Part shown: one piece after another, positions 24,700-37,214 of the stretch | Numbering within the stretch: position 1 is the stretch's first letter | How the letters are laid out: the number at the start of each line of letters is the position of its first letter | From: Heptranchias perlo | Lineage: Eukaryota | Assembly: GCF_035084215.1 (NCBI RefSeq) | Contig: NC_090370.1 | Location: 21,266,001-21,330,000 of the forward strand | DNA length: 64,000 nucleotides | Direction: 5' to 3' | Translations under genes and position numbers: made by a program | Notes under the pieces: model-generated | What the model was told of the DNA's origin: nothing | Database searches by the model: none | The model's input: the letters and a program-made list of their open reading frames with translations, nothing else

Positions 24700-27182
24700 A
24701 ACTGAGATACAAATTAGATACAGATAAAGAATGAATCTCATACTCAGATCCAGTGCCAGAGACTGACATATGGAATGATTCTCACACTCACACAATGTAC
24801 CAGTGATTGATAGATACAGAACAAATCCCACACTCAGATGCAGTAGCACAGACTGACAGATACAGAATTTATATCACTCATAGACAGTATCAGAGATTGA
24901 TGGAAACGGAATGAATGTCTCAATCACATACAGCATCAGAGACTGACAGATATGGAATGAATCCCAAATTCACACACAGTGCCAGAGACTGACAGGAACA
25001 GAGAGAATCACAAGTACCACAGTCAGACAGATACAGAATGAATCTCACTTGCATACAGTACCAGGGACTGACCGAAATAGAATGAATCCCACACTCACAC
25101 ACAGTACCACAGGTTGACAGATACAGAATGAATCTCACAGTCACATTATTGCAGACTGAGTTACACATAACAAGCCAGTCCAAAAATCTTACAGTGTCAT
25201 ATCGAAAGATAATGTTTGAATTCGATTAGTGCAGACTGAGCAAAACGTTACATAGCAGTCGAACAATTTCATACCATATCAGACTCAAAGATACAACATC
25301 AATTCCATTAGCATGCACTGAGCTATATGTTACACATCAGTCCAAAAATCTCATACAGTATCAGACTGAGATACTGAATTAATTCCATTATTATAGACTG
25401 AGTTACACATTATATTCCAGTCCAATAATTTCACCGTGAACAGATTGAAAGGTACATTGTCATTCACAATAAAGTTCAGAGATTAAGAAGTAACACTACT
25501 CCAAAACTCTCACACATTGTTTGATTGAAGAAAATCCATAAGTGTCTCAATATTTACAAATTAAACACTCGACAAAAAAGCATGTACTTTAAAGTATTAA
25601 AGATATAGTTTCAAATACAATAATGTAAACTGAAATAAGAATACAGAGTGAATCCAGACTTGCACATTGCCTCAGAGACTGAATTGCAGAAATAATGCCA
25701 CACTGAGATAAAGCAGCAGAGAATGGCTGATACAGAATGAATTCCACACTCACAGCCAGAACCAGAGAATGACAGATACAGAATGAATCCCATACTCACA
25801 GACAGTACCAGAGAATGTCAGTTACAGAATTAGTCCCACACTCATATATCGTATCAGAGACTGACAGATACAGAATAAAACCCACACTCATATACAGTAT
25901 CAGAGAGTGACAAATACAGAATAAACCCCACACTCGCACACAGCACCGGAGACAGACAGATTCAGAATAAAGCCCACACTGGCTTACAGTACCAGAGAGT
26001 GAAAGATACAGAATAAACCCCACAAACATGTACAGTACGAGAGACTGACAGGCACAGAATGAATCCCACACTCACACACAGTACCAGAGACAGACAGATA
26101 CAGAATAAACCCCACATTCATATACAGTACCAGAGACAGGGAGATACAGAATAAACCCCACACGCACACACAGTACCAGAGACAGATAGATACAGAATAA
26201 ATCCCACATTCGCATAGAGTACCCGAGACTGACAGATACAGAATAAACCCCACACACATTTATAGTATCAGAGACTGACAGGCACAGAATAAACCTCACA
26301 CTCGCATGCAGCACCAGAGACTGTCAGATACAGAATAAACCCCACATTCATAGACAGCACCAGAGACTGACAGATACAGAATAAATCCCACACTCATGTA
26401 AAGTACCAGAGACAGACAAATACAGAATAAACCCCACGCTCATATACTGTACAAGAGACAGGAGATACAGAATAAATCACACACAGCACCAGAGACAGAC
26501 AGATACAGAATAAACCCCACACTCATATACAGTACCAGAGACAGGGAGATACAGAATAAATCCCACAATCACACACAGTACCAGAGACAGACAGATACAG
26601 TATAAACCCCACACTTATCTTCAGTACCAGAGACTGACAGGCACAGAATTAATCCCACACTCACACACAGTACCAGAGACTGACAGATACAGAATGAATC
26701 CCACACTCACACACAGTACCAGAGACTGACAGATACAGAATGAATCCCACACTCACACACAGTACTAGAGACTGAGAGAGACAGAATAAACCCCACACTC
26801 ATATGCAGTACCCGAGACAGACAGATACAGAGTAAACCCCACACTCACACACAGTACCAGATGCAGACAGATGCAGAGTACACCCCACAATCATGTTAAG
26901 TGCCAGAGACAGACAGATACAGAATAAACCCCAAACTCATGTACAGTATCAGAGACAGACAGATACATTATAAAACCCACACTCACACACAGTAAATGAG
27001 ACAGACAGATAAAGAATAAATCCCACACTCATGTACAGTACCAGATAACAACAAATACAGAATAAACCCCAAACTCATGTACAGTATCGGAGACAGACAG
27101 ATACAGAATAAACCCCAAACTCATGTACAGTATCGGAGACAGACAGATACAGAATAAACCCCACTCTCATCTTCAGTACCAG
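24700..27182. repeat. Composite satellite (46-bp, 82-bp at ~25140-25440, then 46-bp variant array)
   Basis: Same units as 10680-12670; many units read AATAAACCCC instead of AATGAATCCC. Confidence 0.9.
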
Positions 27183-27944
27183 AAACTGGCCTCCAATGGA
27201 CGTAAGCGAGAACTGTATACGAGTGGAACAAATTCACTTTGTCTGTCGTGGTTGCAGAAACAGGACAATGTGCAATGTGAGGAAAGTTTCTGTCTGTAAC
27301 TTCTACTCTCGTATTTTTGCACATTTTGATCGTGAAAAATGAGGACAATTTATTCATTAAAGTTTTGTTTTACTCATTCAATAGTTGTGAATTTTCCCCA
27401 TTATATTTCACTGTACATTGCGCAGTATTTCTATCTGATTTCTCAGGTCGATTTACTTTGCTCCTCTACCCCGTTTAGACTCCTATTTTCCAAGCAGTAT
27501 GTGGCCAACTTGTTCCCCTGGCAAAATGCACCAGCTCACACTTTCTATATTGAAATTCAATGGTCATTAACACGGCCGTTCTGCAAACTTACTTTGTTGC
27601 ATTCTTCCTCAGGATTGACTATAACCGCCTAAATCAATTATAAGAATGTAACACAGCATTACAACTAATGTTTGGTCTAACAAAATGTACTTGCAGCTCG
27701 ACTCCATTCCCAGTTTTTCTAAATCCCACTCGTGCAATATAATGTGAAGAATTAGTTTCTGTTCTGTCCCTCTCTCAACTGCAAACTTCACTGTCCCGGG
27801 GTTTGGGGACATCTACTGGCCGGAAGCAGAACTGCAACAGTTCGGAACAAATTGCTGAAACCGGACAATGTGCAGTGTGGGCGTGTTTGTGATTGGTGGC
27901 AGGTACTAAATCTGATTGGATATCTCAAGAAATCAATCAGAGAT

Positions 27945-28810
27945 GTCTTTCGGGATGTCTTACTGCTGTGAGACAGGGTCTTGGTGAGACCACATCTGGA
28001 GTATTGTGTGCAGTTTTGGTCTCCTTATCTGAGGAAGGATGTCCTTGCCATGGAGGGAGTGCAACGAAGGTTTACCAGACTGATTCCTGGGATGGCAGAA
28101 CTGACGTATGAGGAGAGATTGGGTCGACTCGGCCAGTATTCACTCGAGTTGAAAGAATGAGAGGTGATCTCTTCAAAACATATCAAATTCTAACAGGACT
28201 AGACAGACCAAATGCAGGGAGGATGTTCCCGATGGCTGGGGAGTCCAGAACCAGGGGTCAGAGTCTCAGGATACGGAGTATGCAATTTGGAACCGAGATG
28301 AGGAGAAAATTCTTCACTCAGAGTGTGGTGAACCTGTGGAATTCTCTACCACAGAAGGCAGTGGAGGCCAAGTCATTAGATGTGTTCAAGAATGAGATAG
28401 ATATATTTCATACTGCTAAAGGGATCAAGGGAGCCAGACCTTTCAGGAGCGAGATTAGAAAACATTTCTCCACACAAAGGGTGGTAAAAGTTTGGAACTC
28501 TCTTCCGCAAACGGCAATTGATACTAGCTCAATTGCTAAATTTAAATCTGAGATGGATAGCTTTTTGGCAACCAAAGGTATTAAGGGATATGGGCCAAAG
28601 GCGAGTACATGGAGTTAGAACACAGATCAGCCATGATCTTATCAAATGGCAGAGCAGGCAGGAGGGGCTGAATGGCCTACTCCTGTTCCTATGTTTTTAT
28701 ATGGGGAAAAAGCGGGAACAGGGTACTGAGTTCGACGATCAGCCATGATCATTTTGAATGGCAGAGCAGACCCGAAGGCCGGAATGGCCGACTCTTACTC
28801 ATATTTTCGA
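27945..28810 (+). mobile_element. Nested CR1 3' fragments inserted in an H2B promoter
   Basis: ORF 28157..28618 contains two successive TQ.VV..WNSLP ends; flanks match the H2B promoter at 14860-14960. Confidence 0.85.
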
Positions 28811-28953
28811 TGTCAGGTGGCATCACTCCCATCCGTCCAATCACAATCATTGCCTTCACCCATCCCTCATTAGCATAGGGCTGTGGGGCTTCCTATTTCA
28901 TCCGAGCTCGGAGCGGATTTGGGTCATTTCTGGGTCAGAAATTGAGTTTGAAC

Positions 28954-29040
28954 ATGCCTGAGGACAAGAAAACAGCTCCCAAGAAAGGCACCAAGAAATC
29001 CTTCAGTAAAGCACCAGCCAACGGCGGCAAGAAGTCGTAA
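28954..29040 (+). pseudogene. H2B: Truncated histone H2B (28 codons)
   Basis: MPEDKKTAPKKGTKKSFSKAPANGGKKS* fused to inverted H2A 3' flank. Confidence 0.88.
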
Positions 29041-29519
29041 CTGACACAGGAACAGAATAATTCCCTCGCTCACATCCAATAACAGACAAATGTGATTCAC
29101 TGATTCAGTAATCGCTGACACAATAATCAACACATCAGTCAGCTTCTGCTATACAAATCTGGGTAAAATAATAGAGCGTGCAAGTGTTGTCGGAGGATAA
29201 GACTGTAAATAATATTGGGTGGAACACAACAGAATGCCTCTTGACGCCGATGATCAAACGTCCCTGGTATTTCTGTATCCCACCCGCCCAGTTTAATGAC
29301 AATTTTGATATTTTGTCTCATTCACCACACAAACTGCAAATATCAATCTATTGGAGGTTGGCGACATCTGCTGTCCGGAAGCGAGTACTTCAACAGACCG
29401 ATCTGGATCATTTGTTATCAACAAGTTATTGTTAGTTCTAGGATCGGAATCAAGTCCTTATTAAATTGATTCCTGACTCTCTTCAGTCAGTAACCAGCCC
29501 TTTCAAAGATACAGTGGGT

Positions 29520-29535
29520 GGCTCTTAAAAGAGCC
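29520..29535 (-). terminator. Histone stem-loop (H2A)
   Basis: Reverse complement GGCTCTTTTAAGAGCC ACCCA. Confidence 0.92.
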
Positions 29536-29565
29536 TTTGGGTTATCAGATTAAATCTTGGCCGCT

Positions 29566-30111
<546 letters not shown>

Positions 30112-30832
30112 TTATTCACCAATCAATAGCCGGCAATGAGAAAAGGGCGGAAAATACCGAACTGAACAGTTGATGAAATTTGAAAAGCCCGCCAATATAT
30201 TTCCAACACAAGAAGCGGATTTAGTAAATAATGTCGCGTAAAGACAAAGATTTAAAAATCTCTCTCCTTTTACTGTTATTCCACATTTCCCGTCACAACT
30301 TCTAGAATCTTTTACAATCCGGTTAAAATCCGCCTTCATTCACCGTTCGCTTTCAATCGGGCGGGAATAAAGCCCCATTTTGTAACGGGACAGATTCCAG
30401 CTCAATCTTTGTAAAAGTAACAAACCACAGATTGTGGATTGATCCCTGTTCACAGGAGCTGCAGCGCGATCGAAACCGGAGCCGAGACTCCTGGTGCAAG
30501 AAGTCGAACAGTGACAGAGTCTTTCGACTGTTCTGTCCTCGGTGTGAACACCCTTTCGGGATTGCTGCTTCACAAAGGATTGCGGTTCTGAAAGTGATAT
30601 TCCCGAATAATGAGCAAACAAAGGTGACAAGGAGAAAGAAATGACTGAAGTGTAATCCACCGCCTTAAAACGGCTCTGATGGGGCAGATGCGGGGGAAGG
30701 GGCGGAATATGAGCGGGAATGAGAGGATCAAGGACACGTTTTTAGTTATTGGGACTGATTAAAAAAGCGATCCACTGATTATACCGGGCAGTGATTGAGA
30801 GAATCTTACAGATTTCAAGAGAAATTTCAAAA

Positions 30833-31025
30833 GCACAAGAACATAGGAACAGGGAGTCGGCCATTCAGCCCCTCTTTCCTGCTCCGCCATTTGATAAGAT
30901 CATGGCTGATCTGTGATCTAACTCCATACAGCTGCCATTGGCCCATATCCCTTCATACCTTTCGTTGCCAAAAAGCTATCTATCTGATTTAAATTTAGCA
31001 TTTGAGCTGGTATCAATTGCCGTTA
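30833..31025 (-). mobile_element. CR1 3' tail fragment
   Basis: Reverse complement of the sequence type at 28510-28695. Confidence 0.7.
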
Positions 31026-31109
31026 GAGAGAACGTTAGTGTCAAATTATCTACAGTAAAATGATTCCATACAGAGGTGTCGGTACAGCGTCTTCAGAGAG
31101 ACTGTGGGT

Positions 31110-31125
31110 GGCTCTTAAAAGAGCC
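31110..31125 (-). terminator. Histone stem-loop (H2B)
   Basis: Reverse complement GGCTCTTTTAAGAGCC ACCCA. Confidence 0.92.
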
Positions 31126-31161
31126 TTTGTGTTTAAAAATTTTTCAGTTCATTGTGGAGTT

Positions 31162-31536
31162 TTACTTGGAGCTGGTGTATTTGGTCACTGCCTTTGTCCC
31201 TTCTGACACGGCGTGCTTGGCCAGTTCCCCGGGCAGCAGCAGGCGCACGGCGGTCTGGATCTCCCGGGAGCTGATGGTCGCCCGCTTGTTGTAATGGGCC
31301 AGGCGGGAAGCCTCACCTGCGATGCGCTCGAAAATATCGCTCACAAAGGAGTTCATGATGCCCATGGCCTTGGAGGAGATGCCGGTGTCGGGGTGAACCT
31401 GCCTCATCACTTTGTAGATGTAGATGGAGTAACTCTCCTTCCTCGACTTTCTCCGCTTCTTGCCGCCCTTGCCCGGTGCTTTATTCAAGGTTTTCTTGGC
31501 GCCCTTCTTGGGAGCTGCTTTCTTGTCCTCAGGCAT
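31162..31536 (-). CDS. H2B: Histone H2B (124 aa)
   Basis: Intact [14 protein letters not shown]...TKYTSSK. Confidence 0.96.
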   Translation of the reverse strand: MPEDKKAAPKKGAKKTLNKAPGKGGKKRRKSRKESYSIYIYKVMRQVHPDTGISSKAMGIMNSFVSDIFERIAGEASRLAHYNKRATISSREIQTAVRLLLPGELAKHAVSEGTKAVTKYTSSK

Positions 31537-31979
31537 TTTCAAACTCAATTTCAGACCCAGAAATGACCCAAATCCGCTCCGAGCTCGGATTAAATCGGCA
31601 GCCCCACAGCCCGATGGTAATGAGGGATGGGTGAAGGTAATGATTGTGATTGGGTCATTGGGAGTGATGCAACGTCGTCTATTATTTTCATTCTCTGATT
31701 GGATATCTGAAGAAACCAATCAGATTTAGTACCTGCCACCAATCACAAACACGCTCACACTGCACATTGTCCGGTTTCAGCAATTTGTTCCGAACTGTTG
31801 CAGTTCTGCTTCCGGCCAGTAGATGTCCCCAAACCCCGGGACAGTGAAGTTTGCAGATGAGAGAGGGACAGAACAGAAACTAATTCTTCACATTATATTG
31901 CACGAGTGGGATTTAGAAAAACTGGGAATGGAGAACATTTTGTCAGACAAATCATTAGTTGTAATGCTGTATTAAATGC

Positions 31980-32930
31980 TTGTAATTAATTTCGGGGTTA
32001 TAGCCGATACTGAGGAAGAATGCAACAAAATACATGAAGACTTTTATAAGCTTGCTGAAAGGCGGTCGAAATGGCCATTGAATTTCCATATAAAAAGGTG
32101 TGAGGTGGTGCATTTTGCTCGGAGAAATAAGGAGGCCACATACTGCTTGGAAATTAAGAGTCTAAATGGGGTGGAAGAACAAAGGGATTTCGGGGTACAG
32201 ATTGATAAATGATTAAAAGTAGCAGCACAGGATGATAAGGCCATAAAAAAGCAAACACAGAGGTTTATTTCCAGAGGAATAGAATTGTAAAGCAGGTAAG
32301 TTCTGTCGAACTGTAATTTAAACTGTCAAACCTTTGGCCAAACTGTTAAGCTTTCCTTTTCTGAAATCTGTGCTGAGTATTCTTTGTTATATTTTCGGTT
32401 TCTCGATGTTTTTCTGTTGCTTCATTGGGTAAAGGATTCCATGATCAATCCTACCACCGACCTTTAGTTAACTGGTCTTATGTTCCCTGGACTTGTTCTA
32501 CATCCTGTTTTAAAATATAAGAATCACATTAGCTGTCATCCAGTCCTCTGGCACTATTCCTTTTTTGATGATTTTTTCCGATGCATGTAACAATGCCTCT
32601 GCTATCTCTTCCCTTGCTTCATTTAATATGCACAGATGCAATCTATCTGGACCAGGAGTTTAACCACACTTTCGAACATAAATGCCTTGATATCTTTATT
32701 GACCTCTTCCTCTAATACATTCACCCTGTTAATCTCCCGGGTAAATACTGAGGCAAAGTAACAATTCAACATTTCTGCCATTTCGCTGACGTTACCTGTG
32801 AGTTTATCTTGTGCATCACTTAGTGGCACTCAAACAATTCTGATTTTCCTTTTGTTATTTTTGTGTCAGTGGAATAATTTACTATTTCTTTTTATATTCC
32901 TTGATAATTTGATTTCCTGGCTCCTGTTTG
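31980..32930. mobile_element. Old CR1 fragments (inverted paralog of 13650-14620)
   Basis: ORFs 31976..32212 and 32623..32829. Confidence 0.75.
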
Positions 32931-33144
32931 CTTCCCGAATTGTTTTGTGACTTCTTCCGAGCCTCTTCCTATTCGTTTTTGCCATCCTCTATGAATGAGA
33001 AATTCCACCAGCTTGTTGTGTCTGTTCAGGGGCTGATGTTTGGGAACTATTTATTGTCTATGATTAAAGTGCCAGAAACCCAAAGGGAGCAATTCAGTCC
33101 GAAACTCCACAGAAACACTCCACTTCTCCCTCCTGGTGAAATAA

Positions 33145-33212
33145 GGCGCTAGAATGGTGAGTACAGCTGCCTTCCAAGCAGTTAATTCCAACAGGTTTGA
33201 ATCCCAGCACGC
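33145..33212 (+). pseudogene. Decayed tRNA-Gly(TCC) relic
   Basis: TGGTGAGTACAGCTGCCTTCCAAGCAGTT; paralog of 13427-13494. Confidence 0.7.
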
Positions 33213-33492
33213 TGAATTCAGAAACACCAAGACTGGAACCGAATTTGATGATGTTCAGAGGGACAGTGTTTCCAAAACACAAACGGGTTTAATTTATATT
33301 AAAAATACTTTTAAAATTCATTTATTTCCCGCATAATGTTGAATTTAACTCTGTTCCTTTGTATTATTATTTGCCCTGATCTGTACGGTGGATACGAGAC
33401 ACAATTGCTCGGATTCAGTGAAATTAATTGATTTTCGGAAGTTTTTCCTCTGATGATTCCTTTTCCTTATTTAAATTATATCGGATTAACCT

Positions 33493-33600
33493 TTCTGATC
33501 CATTGAAGGGTCATCGTCCTGAACCGTTAACCCGAGCCTCCCTTCTCCACAGGTGCTGCCGGACCTGCTGAGTCTTTCCAGCATTTTCGGTTTTAATTTT
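33493..33600 (+). mobile_element. Decayed Penelope-type terminal repeat with degenerate hammerhead
   Basis: TTCTGATCCATTGAAGGGTCATCGTCCTGAACCGTTAAC...GCTGCCGGACCTGCTGAGTCTTTCCAGCATTTT. Confidence 0.6.
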
Positions 33601-33959
33601 TTCTGTATTTTGTCCCTTTCACTTTTGACGGTCGCCGTTGAACCTTCCAGATTTGCGCTCAGTTTTTATTTGTGCTTCAGTTCGGTTTATTTGAATTAAT
33701 ATAAATCGTGTCCTGAGAAATCAGACAGAAATATTGTGCAATGGAGAGTGAAATATAATGGGGCAACTTTCGAATGAGCAAAACAAAAACTTTATTATGA
33801 ATCAATTGTCTAATTTTTCACTGAAAAACATGAAAAAATCTGAGAGTAGAAGTTACAGAGAGAAACTATTTCCTCACATTGCACATTGTCCTGAATCTGA
33901 AACAACGACAGATGATGTGAATTTATTCCACTTTGTTACAGTTCTCACTTATGGCCAGT

Positions 33960-35480
33960 AGGTGTCAGATTGTATGTGAGTGTGAGATTAATTCTCAGTC
34001 TGTCAGTTTCTGGTACTGTATGTGAGTGTGGGATTAATTCTGTATCCGTCAGTCGCCAGTTCAGTCTGTGAGTGTGGGATTCATTCTGTATCTGTCAATC
34101 TGTGGGAATGTGTGTGAGTGTGGGATTCATTCTGTATCTGTCAATCTGTGGTATTTTATCTCAGTGTAGGATTCATTCTGTACCTCAGTCTCTGGGCAAA
34201 GTACAAGTCTGGATTCGTTCTGTATTCTTATTTCAGGCTGCAGTATGGTGCTTGAAACTGTATCTTTAATTCACTAATTTATGCAAATCTTTTGTGTAGC
34301 ATTAATTTGTAAATATGGATACACTTTTGGATTTTGTTTCAATCAAACAACGTGTGGGAGTTTTTTTGTCGGATTATATCTTAATCTCTGTGAAGATAAT
34401 GTACACTTCAGTCTTTTACTGTGAAATTATTGGACTGGTATTTATGGTGTAGCTCAGTCAGTACTAATGGAATTGACACTCTTTCTTTCAGTCTGATACG
34501 GTATGAGATATTTGGACTCGTGTGTAAGGTGCAGCTCACTCTGTACTCATGGAATTGACACTCTTTCTTTCAGTCTGACACTGTATGAGATTTTTGGACT
34601 GGTGTGTAATGTGTGGTTCAGTCTGCACGAATGGAATTGACATTCCAACTTTCAGTCAGACACTGCAAGAGATTTTTGGTCTCGTTTGTAATGTGTAGCT
34701 TAGCCTACATTAATAGGATTCATGCTGTATGTTTCAGTTTGATAAAGTATCAGATTTTTGGACGGTATATAATGTGTAGCTCAGTCTGCACTAATGGAAT
34801 TTATACTGTACCTTTCAATCTGATACAAACCAGCCTAAATATATTACACAGTAAGGTGTAGTTCAGTCTGCACTAATGGAATTGATACTGTATCTTTCAA
34901 TTTGTTACTGAATGTGACTTTTGGACTGGTATCTAATGTATACCTCAGTCTGCACTAATGGGATTGATACTGTATCTTACAGTCTGATACTGTGTGAGAT
35001 TTCTATACTGGTAAGTAACATGTAGGTCAGTCTGTACTAATCACATCGATACCATATCTTTCAGTCTGATATTGTACCCGATTTTTGGACAGGTATCTGA
35101 TGTGAACGTCTGTATGCAGTAAAGGAATTGATACTGTACTTTCAGTTTGACACAATGTGATTTTTGAACAGGTAACTAATGTGTACCTCAGTCTGCACGA
35201 ATGGGAATGATACTGTATCTTCCAGTACAATAATTCATGTGAATATTGGTCTTGTATATAATGTGTAGCTCAATCTGCACTTATGGAAGTTATACTGTAT
35301 CATTCAACTTGGCACTCTGATTTTTGGACTGGTATGTGATGTGTTGCTCAGTCTGCACAATTGGGGTTGATACTGTGTCTTTCAGTCTTATACTGTATGA
35401 GAATTTTGGACTGGTATCTAATGTGTACCTCAGTCTGCAGTGAATGAATTGAAACTGTACATTTCATTCTGACACTATGA
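33960..35480. repeat. 46-bp then 82-bp satellite (inverted orientation)
   Basis: Reverse complement of 10680-12670. Confidence 0.88.
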
Positions 35481-37214
35481 GGTTTTTGGACATATATGTG
35501 AGTCAAATATGGGTAACATCTGAACTGGTATCTAATTTGTATCTCAGTGTACAATAGTGGCATGAATACTGCATCTTTAAACTCATAATGTGTGTGAGTT
35601 GTGGGCTGGTATTTAATTTGAATCTTGGGGTGCATGATTGTGATTCATTCTGTACCTATCAATCAGTCCAATGTGTCAATTCTATCTGGTATTTAATTTG
35701 TAGCTAAGGCTGAACTAATGTGAGATTGACAGAGTGCCTTTCAATCTGATACTGGGTGTGATTTTAGACTGGAAATTATTTATCTGCCGGTCAGCTGTAA
35801 TGAATCGTTGTGAAATGGAAATTACATCTGTCTCTCCTGCTCTGTTTCACTGTTGGATTGGGATCAGTGTGGGACTGACTATTTCTGCTTTCTGAGACTG
35901 TGGGACTGATGACCTGTCTGTGTCTCTGTGCTCTGTGAGTGATAATGTACTTACTGTGTGAGAGAAGGAGCTGGCTGCACTGACTGCTCCTTGTGCCTCG
36001 GGTGGAGTAAACATCACACTGATTCTGGGTCCTTCAAGGATTTGACTGTCGGAAGAAAAAGATTCTCTTGTAATTCAAGAACAGGTGAAATAGAAAATAC
36101 AAAAGTGATCAATTGAATCTCTCCGTTAATAATCATTGTAATAACCACAAATGAAAACCAGCGATACAAACAGTGTCAGTGTCTGACTCCACTGCAGTAC
36201 TGCAGCTCTCAGCTTCTGCACACCAGGTGTGTTGGGCAGTTTTACAACCCAACCCCTGCACTGATCCATGAATGGGACTACCCGATGGGGCGGGGACCTT
36301 TGATCATATCAGATTTCTGTTTCCCACTCCCTTGGGACAAACCATTGAACTGAAACAAAACAGACGCTGTTTAAAATGTGTCCTTCAACCTTCTCACCTG
36401 ATGTCTGCCATAGATGCTCTTTGTTTCACTCCCCATATCCTTACTGTCCGGCTCTGTTTACTTTTCAGAAACAAACACTACAGGTTAATGGGCAGGTTTA
36501 AAAAATCAGATTTAGTACCTGCCACCAATCATAAACACGCTCACACTGCACATTGTCCGGTTTCAGCAATTTGTTCCGACCAGTTCTGCTTCCGGCAAAC
36601 ACCGGGACATTGAAGTTTGAAGATGAGAGAGGGACAGAGCAGAAACTAATTCTTAACATTATATTGCACGATTGGGATTTAGAAAAATTGGGAATGGAGG
36701 CGAGCTGCAAGTACATTTTGTTAGACCAAACATTAGTTGTAACGCAGTGTTAAATTCTTGTAATTGATTTAGGAGGTATTGTCAACACTGAGGAAGACAG
36801 CGGCAAAATAAACTTGCAGAACGGCTGTGTAAATGGCCAGTGAATTTCAATATCGAAAGGTTTGCGGTGCTGCATTTCGCTGGAGGGAATAAGGAGGCCA
36901 CATACTGCTTGAAAAATTACAGTCTAAATGGGATAGAGGAACAATGTAAATCGTGTCCTGAGAAATCAGAGAGAAATACTGCGCAATGTACAGTGAAATA
37001 TAATGTGGCAAATTCACAACTATTGAACGAGTGGAACAAAAACTTTATTATGAATAAATTGTCTTCATTTTTCACTGTCAAAAAGTGCAAAAATTCGAGA
37101 GTAAAAGTTACAGACAGAAACTTTCCTCACATTGCACATTGTCCTGTTTCTCTCACCACGACAGATAATGTGAATTTGATCCGCTCTTTTACAGTTCTCG
37201 CTTACGTCCATTAG

